Shown here: positions 1 to 10,146 of the stretch, one piece after another
How the letters are laid out: the number at the start of each line of letters is the position of its first letter
How positions within the stretch are numbered: the stretch's first letter is position 1
Program-made: the position numbers and the translations under genes
Notes under the pieces: generated by a model
What the model saw: only the letters and a program-made list of their open reading frames with translations
What the model was told of the DNA's origin: nothing
The model's database searches: none
DNA from: an uncultured Aliarcobacter sp.
Lineage (GTDB): Bacteria; Campylobacterota; Campylobacteria; Campylobacterales; Arcobacteraceae
Direction of reading: 5' to 3'
NCBI GenBank assembly: GCA_963664305.2
Contig: CAXXLV010000002.1
Span: 320,001-384,000 of the forward strand
Length of the DNA: 64,000 bases

Positions 1-8
1 AGTACATT

Positions 9-854
9 ATGAATAAAAATAAAATATTAGTCTTAAGTGATCTTAAGGATTTTACTAAAATTGTTGCTCAAAAAGCTATTTTTTTAGCAAAAGAATATAA
101 AAATGAAATAGATGTACTTCATGTGGAAGATGAATCTTTTTTAAAATTTTTTAAAGAAAAAACAGAGTGTTCATTAAATAATAGTAAAGAGATTTTAAAA
201 TCAATTTATAACAATGAAGCAAAAGTTTTTTCAAAATGTGGTAATTTTATAAAAACAGTAAAAGAGCATATTTCCAAAAATGATATTTCATTGATTATTG
301 TAGGGTTCAAAAGAGAAAGAACTTTGTTGGAAGATATTTTTAATGGTTCAAATCTAAGTTCAATTATTAGAAAAGTGGAATTACCTGTTTTGGTTGTAAA
401 AACAGAAGATGAACCAATATATAAAAATATTTTAATACCTACTGATTTATCAAAGGCTTCAAAAAAAAATATAGAGTATTTAACAACAATGTTTCCTGAG
501 TCAAATTTTTATATTGAACACTATTACAAAGTTTTTTTTGAAGATAGAGTTAAATTATATGGATTTAATGATGATGAAGCACATGACTTTGTAGATTTTT
601 ATGAGGAAGAGGCTAAAAAAGATTTAGATAAATTTGTTAAAAGTTTAAAAATACCAAAAGAGATAAAATTATTTGTTAAAGCTAAAAAATATGTAGATAT
701 GAAATCAATGGTTGAGGAATCTATTGAATATAAAACAATTGATTTATTAAGTCTTTCTGTTGGGACAAGTTTGAGCATTTTTTCTTTTGATTTATTAGAA
801 CATTCAACAAAAGATGTAATTATCTATAGAATAGATGAGGACAGTATAGAATAA
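9..854 (+). CDS. Universal stress protein, tandem Usp domains
   Basis: KILVLSDL start, GS...IIRKVELPVLVVK, then second domain YKNILIPTDLS. Confidence 0.85.
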   Translation: MNKNKILVLSDLKDFTKIVAQKAIFLAKEYKNEIDVLHVEDESFLKFFKEKTECSLNNSKEILKSIYNNEAKVFSKCGNFIKTVKEHISKNDISLIIVGFKRERTLLEDIFNGSNLSSIIRKVELPVLVVKTEDEPIYKNILIPTDLSKASKKNIEYLTTMFPESNFYIEHYYKVFFEDRVKLYGFNDDEAHDFVDFYEEEAKKDLDKFVKSLKIPKEIKLFVKAKKYVDMKSMVEESIEYKTIDLLSLSVGTSLSIFSFDLLEHSTKDVIIYRIDEDSIE

Positions 855-860
855 AAAACA

Positions 861-886
861 AGCATAAAAATTATTGATTTTATGCT
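861..886 (+). terminator. Stem-loop after usp
   Basis: agcataaaa / ttttatgct inverted repeat just after the stop; AT-rich and weak. Confidence 0.45.
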
Positions 887-985
887 AAAACAAAACAAAT
901 ATTGCTTTTTATTTTATATTTTTCTATTTACAGTCAAGTTATATTATAGTTACAAATTTAAAAATAGAAAGCAAGAAAGGATTTT

Positions 986-2440
986 ATGGCATCTATTGAA
1001 TTTTATTTATTAATTACTGCATTTTTGATGCTTTTAAGCGTATTTGCAAGTAAATTATCAAGTAAATATGGAATACCTTCACTATTTATATTTTTAGGAC
1101 TAGGAATGCTTGCTGGTTCAGATGGAATTTTAGGTATTTATTTTGATAATGTTGAATTAGCTCAAAACATAGGAACTTTAGCTTTAATATTTATTTTATT
1201 TGGTGGTGGTTTAGATACTGCATGGAAAAGTATAAAACCTGTTTTAAAAGATGGTTTGATTTTAGCAACACTTGGAGTATTTTTAACAGCATTTTTTGCA
1301 GCAATTTGTGTTTACTATATACTTCATTTTACTTTTTTAGAATCTTTACTTGTTGGAGCGATTATTTCTTCAACAGACGCAGCAGCAGTTTTTGCAATAT
1401 TAAGAGCAAAAGGGATTTCTTTAAAAAAGAGACTTACTCCACTTTTAGAACTAGAATCAGGAAGTAATGACCCAATGGCAATTTTTTTAACAGTTGCTAT
1501 TTTACAAATATTGATGTTACCAGAAAGTTCAAGTGTTACAGAATGGATTTTTAAATTTTTTCTACAATTTATAATTGGAGGTATTCTTGGTTATATTTTT
1601 GGAATATTATTACCTTCAATATTAAATAGAATTCATTTGAGTTTTTATGGACTTTATCCTGTTTTTACTATTGGTTGGATTTTATTTTTATTTTCAAGTG
1701 CTTCTTTATTAGAAGGAAATGGATTTTTAGCTGTTTATATTGCTGGAATTGTTGCAAATACAAAAGAGTTTGTACATAAGAAAAATTTAATTGGTTTTCA
1801 TGAAGGTTTATCATGGATTATGCAAATTACAGTTTTCTTGGCTCTTGGTCTTTTAGTTTTTCCTTCAGAACTTCCTGATGTAATGATTTCAGGTTTAGTA
1901 ATTGCTTTTTGGTTAATGTTTGTAGCAAGACCAGCTGGAGTTTTTATAAGTACAAGTTTTAGTTCATTTTCTTTTAAAGAAAAAGCTTTTATTTCATGGG
2001 TTGGATTAAGAGGTGCTGTTCCTATTATTTTGGCTACATATCCATATTTACAAGGATTTGAAAAATCAAATTTGATTTTTAATATTGTATTTTTTATTGT
2101 TTTATTTTCAATTTTGATACAAGGAACAACTCTTCCTCTTATGGCAAAGTGGTTAAAAGTTGAATCAAAAAGTAAAGATTTTAAACCTGAAAATGTTTTG
2201 GCTTCACCTCTGTTTTATCATACATTAAAACAATTTTATATTGAAGAGAATTCAAAGGTTATTGGTTTGAGTATTGTTGAGTTAAATTTACCAGCTGATT
2301 TTTTAATTCTTCTAATAAAAAGAGAGAATGATTATATAAAACCAACTGGTTCTACAATACTTGAAGAGAATGATATGTTACTTATTCAATGTAATAGTGA
2401 GAATAGATATAAAAAAGTTTTAAAAAGATTTAAAAGTTAA
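986..2440 (+). CDS. nhaP2: K+/H+ antiporter (CPA1, NhaP2/CvrA type) with C-terminal TrkA-C domain
   Basis: SSTDAAAVF, LELESGSNDPMA, WVGLRGAVPIILA motifs; many TM helices. Confidence 0.9.
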   Translation: MASIEFYLLITAFLMLLSVFASKLSSKYGIPSLFIFLGLGMLAGSDGILGIYFDNVELAQNIGTLALIFILFGGGLDTAWKSIKPVLKDGLILATLGVFLTAFFAAICVYYILHFTFLESLLVGAIISSTDAAAVFAILRAKGISLKKRLTPLLELESGSNDPMAIFLTVAILQILMLPESSSVTEWIFKFFLQFIIGGILGYIFGILLPSILNRIHLSFYGLYPVFTIGWILFLFSSASLLEGNGFLAVYIAGIVANTKEFVHKKNLIGFHEGLSWIMQITVFLALGLLVFPSELPDVMISGLVIAFWLMFVARPAGVFISTSFSSFSFKEKAFISWVGLRGAVPIILATYPYLQGFEKSNLIFNIVFFIVLFSILIQGTTLPLMAKWLKVESKSKDFKPENVLASPLFYHTLKQFYIEENSKVIGLSIVELNLPADFLILLIKRENDYIKPTGSTILEENDMLLIQCNSENRYKKVLKRFKS

Positions 2441-2490
2441 ACATTTTGAATTTTAAAAAGAGTTATAATTAACAAAAAAGAAGGAAGATT

Positions 2491-2838
2491 ATGTACTGTA
2501 AAAATTCTCAAAATTATGAGTCAACTTGTATCCCAAAAACTGTAAATGCTTCAATTGCAGTTTTATCTCCAAAAGAAGATAAAGATTTCATAGTTAGAAA
2601 AGTAACTTTAGCAAAAGATGGTTCGATGCCAAATCATACAAATGAAATTCAACATCAACAATATGTTTTAAAAGGTGAAGCAAAAGTTGTTGTTGGTGGA
2701 GAAGAGTATCATGCAAAAGCTGGAGATTTTATCTATATTCCAGCTGGTGTATCTCACTATTATGAAGCTTGTTATGGTAGTGAATATGAGTTCTTATGTA
2801 TGATTACAACTAAAGAAGATAAAATCACTATGTTATAA
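2491..2838 (+). CDS. Cupin domain protein
   Basis: HTNEIQHQQYVLKG...GDFIYIPAGVSH cupin motifs. Confidence 0.85.
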   Translation: MYCKNSQNYESTCIPKTVNASIAVLSPKEDKDFIVRKVTLAKDGSMPNHTNEIQHQQYVLKGEAKVVVGGEEYHAKAGDFIYIPAGVSHYYEACYGSEYEFLCMITTKEDKITML

Positions 2839-2860
2839 AAGATAGGCTTTTGCCTATCTT
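2839..2860. terminator. Bidirectional intrinsic terminator
   Basis: aagataggc-tttt-gcctatctt hairpin between convergent genes, overlapping the minus-strand stop codon. Confidence 0.75.
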
Positions 2861-3207
2861 GTTAAATAGTTGTATTCTTCTTTTATTTTAGTCAATTTAT
2901 CTAACATAGTTTTATCCCCACTATAAAGACAATCGTTTGCAAAAAAGCTTGGATTTATGTCATAAATCATAAGTAATATAGCTTTTTCTTCATTTTCATT
3001 CAGAAATTTTTCATCTATACTGATTAGACCGTAATTCTTTTTAGAACTTATCCATTCTTGTTTTAAATTTAGGTCATAATCAATTGATTCTATGTCAAAA
3101 GTAATTTTAGTTATTAGATGGTTTGATTTATATTTAATTTTAAAAATTCTTTGTATTTTTTGTTTAAAATTGTTTGTATAAATATAGGAAAATTCAAAAT
3201 TCTTCAT
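2854..3207 (-). CDS. Hypothetical protein
   Basis: 117-aa ORF with agagg SD; no recognised motif. Confidence 0.6.
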   Translation of the reverse strand: MKNFEFSYIYTNNFKQKIQRIFKIKYKSNHLITKITFDIESIDYDLNLKQEWISSKKNYGLISIDEKFLNENEEKAILLMIYDINPSFFANDCLYSGDKTMLDKLTKIKEEYNYLTR

Positions 3208-3317
3208 AATACCTCTTGTTTAGGTTTTTACTATTCTATCTAAAGCTGGTTAAATATGATGAAATATCTTTGAAATAAACTAAAATATAATAAAATAAGT
3301 CCTATACGAAACTTATT

Positions 3318-3569
3318 TTAGAATTCTTCCTCATCATCTGTGTCACAACAATAAATACATTTTTCATCAAAGAAAGAATATTCATCATAACAATAAAATT
3401 TATGGCAACTTTCACATTTGAAACAATCATGCTCTTTTGATAAAACTTGTTCAAGTTTATCTTCACTTATGTTGTTTACTCTTGCGTATTCTTCAAAAAG
3501 TTCAATTACATTTTCATTTTCATCAGATTTTAGCTCTTTTGCCAAATCTTCTAAAGTATCTATATCCAT
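3318..3569 (-). CDS. Small acidic Cys-rich protein (possible Zn-binding)
   Basis: CFKCESCH...CIYCC; agagga SD. Confidence 0.65.
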   Translation of the reverse strand: MDIDTLEDLAKELKSDENENVIELFEEYARVNNISEDKLEQVLSKEHDCFKCESCHKFYCYDEYSFFDEKCIYCCDTDDEEEF

Positions 3570-3579
3570 ATTTTCCTCT

Positions 3580-3771
3580 TTATTTTAATAAGTCATCTCT
3601 CATTTTTGTAATATCAATAACGAGTCTTTCTTTCATATCTTTTGTTATTGATGGATTTGCTTCAAAAACTTGATTTATTAGATTCTCAAATTCATCAGTT
3701 GTTAATTCTTTAGTTTCAGCAATTAGCTTAAAAAATAACAATCTAATTTTTTCATATTGGTTTTCTTGCAT
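3580..3771 (-). CDS. Small hypothetical protein
   Basis: 63-aa ORF, aaagga SD, 10 nt upstream of the next ORF. Confidence 0.65.
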   Translation of the reverse strand: MQENQYEKIRLLFFKLIAETKELTTDEFENLINQVFEANPSITKDMKERLVIDITKMRDDLLK

Positions 3772-3911
3772 ACTTCATTCCTTTTTAACAAACGCGTATT
3801 ATCTCAAAAAAATATTAGAAAAAAATAAAAGCCCCAATATAAACTTTTCCTTTACCACTGTTATGTTATAATTCGCGCCAATAATTAAAACAAATAAGGT
3901 CTTCAAAATAT

Positions 3912-5387
3912 ATGGATAAATCACAAATCAAAACACAAAAATTTATTATCAAATACTTCACTGAAATTATGATAAAAGGTACGACAGCAAAAAGACAAAT
4001 GATATCTCAGGTTTATAATAATCTAGTATCTTTATTATCAAAAATTTCAACTGATATAAAAATAAAAAAGTTTTTTGACAAGGTAGAAGTAATTTGTCCC
4101 ATAGAAGTAGTTGATTTAGTTCGAACAAAATTACTTGATACTCCAGGAATTGAGCAAATTTTAGAAGCAATTCAGTTTGATAACATGACAACTTTAGATG
4201 AAATAAAAGAAAAAGTAAATGAAGTTATGAAAGATGAAATCATCGGTAAAACTTATGTAGTAAGAGCAAAAAGAACTGGAACACAAGAGTTTAAATCAAT
4301 GGATATTGAAAAAACTGTTGGTGGATATATGCTTGCTATGAATGAAGGAAAAACAAAAGGTGTTGCTTTAAAAAATGCAGAAGTTACTATCAATGTAGAA
4401 CTTGAACACACACAATTAAATATAATCACTCAGAAACATTTAGGTTTAAGAGGTTTTCCTATTGGTACTCAAGGAAGTGTATTATCTTTAATGTCTGGGG
4501 GATTTGACTCAACAGTTGCTTCATATTTAACAATGAAAAGAGGAATAAAAACTCACTTTATTTTCTTTAATCTTGGTGGATTAGCTCATGAAATTGGAGT
4601 AAAACAAGTAGCATATTATCTTTGGAATAAATTTGGAAGTTCTCATAGAGTTTCATTTATTAGTGTTCCTTTTGATGATGTTGTAACTGAGATTTTTAAA
4701 AGTGTGAGTCAACCTTATATGGGAGTTATGTTAAAAAGATTAATGTTACTTGCTAGTGAAAAAATAGCAAATAGTATGGGAATAGATGCTTTAGTTACAG
4801 GTGAAAGTGTAGCACAAGTTTCGAGTCAAACATTAAGAAATCTAGCATTAATTGACCAATGCACAAATAAACTTGTTTTACGACCACTTGCAATGATGAG
4901 TAAACCAGATATTATTGATATTGCTTATAAAATAGGAACAAGAAGATTTGCAGAGTCTATGCCTGAATATTGTGGTGTTATTTCAAAAAATCCAGTAACT
5001 CATGGAAGTTATGAAAGAATGGAAAAAGAGGCAAATGCTTTTGATTATTCTATTTTAGATGAGTCTGTTAAAAAATCTGTATTTGTAAATGTAGATGAAA
5101 TAGACCAAGATGTAAATGAAATAGGGCAAATGGAGATAGTTACAGATTTAAACAGTGGTGATTATACAGTTATAGATATTAGACAAACTCCTGATTGTAT
5201 AGAAACTTCTTGTGAAACTTTAAAAATTCCATTTTATGAGTTAAAAAATGAGTTAAAAAAGCTACCTCAAGATAAAACTTATTTATTCTATTGTGATAAA
5301 GGAATAATGAGTCAATTACATGCACAATATCTAAGAGATAGTGAAGGTTATACAAATATCAAAGTTTATAGACCAGAGAGTAAATAA
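3912..5387 (+). CDS. thiI: tRNA 4-thiouridine synthase with THUMP and rhodanese domains
   Basis: PP-loop SGGFDS, GESVAQVSSQT, MPEYCG, rhodanese YCDKGIMS. Confidence 0.95.
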   Translation: MDKSQIKTQKFIIKYFTEIMIKGTTAKRQMISQVYNNLVSLLSKISTDIKIKKFFDKVEVICPIEVVDLVRTKLLDTPGIEQILEAIQFDNMTTLDEIKEKVNEVMKDEIIGKTYVVRAKRTGTQEFKSMDIEKTVGGYMLAMNEGKTKGVALKNAEVTINVELEHTQLNIITQKHLGLRGFPIGTQGSVLSLMSGGFDSTVASYLTMKRGIKTHFIFFNLGGLAHEIGVKQVAYYLWNKFGSSHRVSFISVPFDDVVTEIFKSVSQPYMGVMLKRLMLLASEKIANSMGIDALVTGESVAQVSSQTLRNLALIDQCTNKLVLRPLAMMSKPDIIDIAYKIGTRRFAESMPEYCGVISKNPVTHGSYERMEKEANAFDYSILDESVKKSVFVNVDEIDQDVNEIGQMEIVTDLNSGDYTVIDIRQTPDCIETSCETLKIPFYELKNELKKLPQDKTYLFYCDKGIMSQLHAQYLRDSEGYTNIKVYRPESK

Positions 5388-5779
5388 TGAAAAAGTTTTT
5401 AATAGCACTTTTTACAACATTTTGTTTATCAACAAGTTTAGTTTTTGCAAATCCAATTATAGACAAAGCATATCATAACAAACAAAGTGATGTTCAGGTT
5501 CAAGGAAGTGGAAAAGTTGTTAAAATATTAAGTGATGATAATAATGGAAGTCGTCATCAAAGATTTATTTTAAAACTATCTTCAAATTTGACAATTTTAG
5601 TTGCACATAATATTGATTTATCAAATAAAATAAAAGATTTGAGAGTTGGTGATAGTGTTGAATTTTATGGTGAATATGAATGGAATAATAAAGGTGGAGT
5701 AATTCATTGGACTCATCATGACCCAAGAAAAAAACACAAAGATGGTTGGTTGAAGCATAAAGGAAAAATTTATCAATAA
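5387..5779 (+). CDS. DUF3465-family exported protein
   Basis: Signal peptide; GSRHQRFIL, AHNIDL, GEYEWN..GGVIHWTHHDP. Confidence 0.85.
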   Translation: MKKFLIALFTTFCLSTSLVFANPIIDKAYHNKQSDVQVQGSGKVVKILSDDNNGSRHQRFILKLSSNLTILVAHNIDLSNKIKDLRVGDSVEFYGEYEWNNKGGVIHWTHHDPRKKHKDGWLKHKGKIYQ

Positions 5780-5819
5780 AATTTGGTAAAATATTATTTA
5801 GTTATTAAAAAGGGGAAAT

Positions 5820-7670
5820 ATGAAAAAGCTTGTCTTGGGTGTAGTAGCTATTTTGGTAGTTATTATTGCTGTAGTAGTTGGATTTAAAATAAAATCTGAT
5901 AGTTTTATAAATGCAAAAATTGAAGAGTTAAATAGTAATGGTTTTGTGGTTAAACATCAACAAACATCTAATTATTTAAAAACAAATGGTAATGGTCAAA
6001 TTGAAGTTGTTTATCCAGATAAAGTTACTTCTTATCTATTTGCTAAGATAAAAGATGATGAGTTAAGAAAAACTTTAGAAAAACAATATAATCTTCTTGA
6101 TACAGTAGAAAAAGTAGAAATTTTTGAGGGAATTACTTTTGATTATGATTTTGCTATTAATAATCTAAGTTTTGATGTAAACGCTAATGTATATTTATCT
6201 GCATTATCTAAAAAAGCTATGTATACTCTAACTCAAGAAGCAACAAATATTCCATCAAGTAAATGGTTAGTAGATTTCTTAAAAGATAAAAAACTAAAAA
6301 TCAGTATTGATAAAAATGCAAATTATAAACTAGCAGACATTGATACAGTTATTCCAAATTTAATGTTCTTCACTCTTAGAGGTTTAGAAGGAAATAGTAA
6401 GAATATGAAATTGGCTTTAGTAAAAATATCTGGTACAGAAAAATCAGATAAAGACTTTTTCCAATTAAATGATTTAAATCTTGATTATGATTTTGATGAT
6501 AAAAAAGAAGTTTCAAATGCAACTATTAAAAATATTGAGTTCCAAGATTATGATAATTCATTTAATGTAAAAAATATTTTAATAAGTTCAAATACAATAA
6601 AAGACGATGTTAATATCTCAGGAAAAAGTGGAATAGCTTTTGATGAGGTTAATGTAAAAAAATATGGTGAAGAAGTTGCAAATCTTAAAAAAACATCTTT
6701 AAATTTTGTTGTTGATAAATTACCAATAAAAAAATTAGATGAAATAACAAGTTATTTAGAAAATGAAAACTATCAAGATTATTTAAAAACATTGTTCCAA
6801 AGTGGTATATCAGTATCTTCAAATGGAAGTGCGACAAATTATATGGTTAAAGGTCAAAAAATATTTGATACTTTAAAATATGATTTATCTTTAGGATTAA
6901 ATAAAAATGGTTCAATTGAAGATGCAAAAAATATTAAAGATATTTTTGAAACTATCAAGTTAGTTATTAATTTAGATAATGAAACAGCACAAAATCTAAA
7001 AAATCTTTTAAATCTAAAACAACCTGATTCTCAAATAGATTTTATAGATGGACAAGATAATCTAAAAAAATTTGAAGCAGAGTTAAAAACTGATGGTGTT
7101 TATGTAAATGGTAAAAAAGTATTAGATGAAAAAGAGTTAGACCTTCCAAAGAAAAAAAGTTTTGATGATTCTCAATATTTAGGACAAAACACAAATGGTA
7201 AAGGTGTATTCTATGATTATGAATTAATTGGAAAAGACCTTTTAAAAGTGACTTTTAGATATATCCCTGATATGAATACAATTACAAGTGGTGGAATATC
7301 TGTATCTTTCCCTGAGTTAAAAGACGCAACTAGAATAAAAAAACATACAACAAATAGTTTTGATAAAATCAATTTTTATGATGCTGGAAGTGAAATCTGG
7401 AATGGTGGATTAGAAAAAAATATAATTTCATCATATTTATTAGTTGAAGGTTGGGATGAAAACTGGACAGATCCTACTATTGAAAAAGAGTTTAGTTTAG
7501 AAATTGATGTAAAAGATTTAGATGTTTTACAAATCAATTTAAGAGCAGGTGCTTTAAATGACTCAAATAATGGTGAAAAAGCATCAGAGATTGTTCCAGT
7601 TGATGGAGAATTAGATCAACAAAATTATCCTATCCAAATAGCTGACATTGAAATTTATAATCTAAAATAA
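5820..7670 (+). CDS. Membrane-anchored periplasmic protein, YdgA/DUF945-like, with an extra C-terminal domain
   Basis: N-terminal anchor, beta-rich body ending VYVNGK, then ~170 further aa. Confidence 0.5.
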   Translation: MKKLVLGVVAILVVIIAVVVGFKIKSDSFINAKIEELNSNGFVVKHQQTSNYLKTNGNGQIEVVYPDKVTSYLFAKIKDDELRKTLEKQYNLLDTVEKVEIFEGITFDYDFAINNLSFDVNANVYLSALSKKAMYTLTQEATNIPSSKWLVDFLKDKKLKISIDKNANYKLADIDTVIPNLMFFTLRGLEGNSKNMKLALVKISGTEKSDKDFFQLNDLNLDYDFDDKKEVSNATIKNIEFQDYDNSFNVKNILISSNTIKDDVNISGKSGIAFDEVNVKKYGEEVANLKKTSLNFVVDKLPIKKLDEITSYLENENYQDYLKTLFQSGISVSSNGSATNYMVKGQKIFDTLKYDLSLGLNKNGSIEDAKNIKDIFETIKLVINLDNETAQNLKNLLNLKQPDSQIDFIDGQDNLKKFEAELKTDGVYVNGKKVLDEKELDLPKKKSFDDSQYLGQNTNGKGVFYDYELIGKDLLKVTFRYIPDMNTITSGGISVSFPELKDATRIKKHTTNSFDKINFYDAGSEIWNGGLEKNIISSYLLVEGWDENWTDPTIEKEFSLEIDVKDLDVLQINLRAGALNDSNNGEKASEIVPVDGELDQQNYPIQIADIEIYNLK

Positions 7671-7677
7671 TAAAAAG

Positions 7678-7703
7678 ATATTAAGGTTTTTTAACCTTAA
7701 TAT
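7678..7703. terminator. Bidirectional terminator
   Basis: atattaaggtt-tttt-aaccttaatat 11-bp stem between convergent genes. Confidence 0.75.
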
Positions 7704-8168
7704 TTAAAATACAAATAGAAATAGATACATAAAAATACCCATAATTGAACTTACTGTTAAAGCAAAAAATATAGCTTTAGCAATTTTTCTATGTTTTTTT
7801 CCATTAAAATGATGATTTATATAATCTTTATAAGATGAAATAAATAAAAATAACCAACCACCTACAGCTGCAATTGCTATTAAAATATGTATTACTAAAA
7901 AAATTATCATAAAGTCATAAGAGATATTACTATATTTTGAATACTCTTCAAAACCACCTGTAATTCTAACTCCAATTTCAAAAATAACAATTATAAATAA
8001 AGATATACCTAAGATTATTGCTTGTGAAATTAGATGTTTTTCATACATCTTTTTTTTTGCAAGATAAATGCTAAAAGCTAACAAAAATGGAAGTATTGCA
8101 AAATAAACTGTTGCTAAATCTAAATAAAATGGAGCTTGTGTTCCTAAAAAACCTTCTGTAAAAAACAT
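7704..8168 (-). CDS. DUF420-family membrane protein
   Basis: 4 TM helices with conserved His residues (EKH, VIHIL, KHRK). Confidence 0.75.
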   Translation of the reverse strand: MFFTEGFLGTQAPFYLDLATVYFAILPFLLAFSIYLAKKKMYEKHLISQAIILGISLFIIVIFEIGVRITGGFEEYSKYSNISYDFMIIFLVIHILIAIAAVGGWLFLFISSYKDYINHHFNGKKHRKIAKAIFFALTVSSIMGIFMYLFLFVF

Positions 8169-8471
8169 CTATTTTAACTTTTTAGGAGGATTTTTCATTA
8201 TAACTTTTTCAATTAAAATAAATCCAAATGGAATAAGTGAATAAACAAAAAGTTGGAATCCTAAAAATTTCCATTTATATTTTTTCATAACCATATATAA
8301 GGCAATACAAAATAGAATAAATAAAATACCATGAGTCATTCCAGCAACTTTTACTGCTATTGGATAACCACCAAAATATTTTAAAGGCATTGCTATAAAT
8401 ACTAAGATTAAATATGAAAGACCTTCTACAAATGAAATCACTCTAAATCTAGTAAAAGTATCGTTTGTCAT
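8169..8471 (-). CDS. DUF3817-family membrane protein
   Basis: FRVISFVEGLSYL...MPLKY...GMTHG...SLIPFG. Confidence 0.85.
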   Translation of the reverse strand: MTNDTFTRFRVISFVEGLSYLILVFIAMPLKYFGGYPIAVKVAGMTHGILFILFCIALYMVMKKYKWKFLGFQLFVYSLIPFGFILIEKVIMKNPPKKLK

Positions 8472-8553
8472 GATTCTCCTTTTTTAAAAGATGTAGTATA
8501 GTGAACTTTGGTTTATGAAAGGTTAATATAGCGACATTATGTTACAATCGCGA

Positions 8554-10062
8554 ATGAAAAAAATTATACTTACAACATTAAACGCGAGATATTCTCACAC
8601 ATCTTTAGCTTTGAGATATTTATATGCAAATTTAAAAGAATTTAAAGAAGAAGCTAAAATTTTAGAGTTTGTTATAAACTCATCAAATCAAACAATAGCA
8701 GAACAAATACTTGAACATAAACCAAAGATAGTTGGAATTGCTGTTTATATTTGGAATGCAAGTGATGTTGCTGAACTTGTACAAACTATTAAAAAAGTAT
8801 CACCTGAAACGATAGTTGTTCTTGGAGGTCCTGAGGTTAGTTATACTCCTTTACGAGTAAATTTTGATATGGCTGATTATATAATCACAGGTGAGGGAGA
8901 AATAAGTTTTTACAATTTGTGTTTTGATATTTTAAATGGAAATTGTAAAGAAACAAGAGTTATAAATTCACCAAAAGTTGATTTAGAAAATATTGTTCTA
9001 CCATATGATGACTATACAGATTTTGATATCAAAAATAGACATATATATGTGGAAATGGCAAGAGGTTGTCCTTTTGAGTGTGAGTTTTGTTTATCATCAA
9101 TTGATTCAAAAATGAGATATTTATCAATTGAAGTTTTTTTAGAACAAATTGATAAATTATGGCAAAGAGGTGCAAGAAATTTCAAATTTATTGATAGAAC
9201 TTTTAATATCAAAATCTCTTATGCAAAAGCTATTTTAAACTATTTTTTAGAAAAAGAAGAAGAGTATTTTTTACACTTTGAAGTAATACCTGATAATTTC
9301 CCTGAAGAATTAAGAGAGTTAATCAAACAGTTTAAAGCTGGAAGTTTACAACTTGAAGTTGGTATTCAAACTCTAAATTTAGATGTTGCAAAAGAGATTC
9401 ATAGAAATCTAAGAATTGATAAAATAAAAGACAATCTAAAGTTTTTATCAACGGAAACACATGCTCATATGCATATAGATTTGATTATTGGGCTTCCAAG
9501 TGAAACTATTGAGAGTTTTGGGAAAAATCTTGATTTACTTTATACCCTTTCAACTGGTGAAATTCAAGTTGGAATTTTGAAGAAGTTATCAGGAACAACG
9601 CTAGATAGACATGACAAAATTTATGGAATGGTTTATAGTGATTTACCTCCTTATGATATTTTAAAAAATGATTTAATCGATTTTTCACAAATGCAAGAGA
9701 TGAAAAGATTTGCTAGATTTTGGGATATTGTTTACAATAGTGGAAATTTCCAAAAAACAACAGCTTTACTTTTTGAAGATGGAAAAGTTTTTGAAAATTT
9801 TTATGATTTAAGTAAGTGGCTTTATAGAAGAAGTGAATCTACTTATAAAATCTCACTTGATAGAATGGCTGAGTTTTTATTTGAATATATGAGTGCAAAA
9901 TTTGATAAAGAAAAAATTGCAAATATAATTTTGGAAGATGTTATGAAAGTAGGGGGAAGAAAAATTCCACCATTTTTAAAGAAAATTATTCCCGAAAACT
10001 ATGATTTTGCTCAAAAAGATGTATCAAAAGCAAATAAAAGGCAAGAGTTAAGAAAAGGATAA
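8554..10062 (+). CDS. B12-binding domain radical SAM protein
   Basis: LNARYSHTSLAL, VLGGPEVS, RGCPFECEFC (CxxxCxxC); start placed at MKKIIL. Confidence 0.9.
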   Translation: MKKIILTTLNARYSHTSLALRYLYANLKEFKEEAKILEFVINSSNQTIAEQILEHKPKIVGIAVYIWNASDVAELVQTIKKVSPETIVVLGGPEVSYTPLRVNFDMADYIITGEGEISFYNLCFDILNGNCKETRVINSPKVDLENIVLPYDDYTDFDIKNRHIYVEMARGCPFECEFCLSSIDSKMRYLSIEVFLEQIDKLWQRGARNFKFIDRTFNIKISYAKAILNYFLEKEEEYFLHFEVIPDNFPEELRELIKQFKAGSLQLEVGIQTLNLDVAKEIHRNLRIDKIKDNLKFLSTETHAHMHIDLIIGLPSETIESFGKNLDLLYTLSTGEIQVGILKKLSGTTLDRHDKIYGMVYSDLPPYDILKNDLIDFSQMQEMKRFARFWDIVYNSGNFQKTTALLFEDGKVFENFYDLSKWLYRRSESTYKISLDRMAEFLFEYMSAKFDKEKIANIILEDVMKVGGRKIPPFLKKIIPENYDFAQKDVSKANKRQELRKG

Positions 10063-10146
10063 TCTTTTATTCTTTGAATTAAAAAAGAGTTTTTTTTGAG
10101 TTATTTGTTTTATATAATTTAGTAAATTATATAAAAAGGCTAGTAT

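Noticed and set aside
3318..3569. CESCH as a heme c attachment motif
   Set aside because: No signal peptide and many additional Cys; metal binding is more plausible
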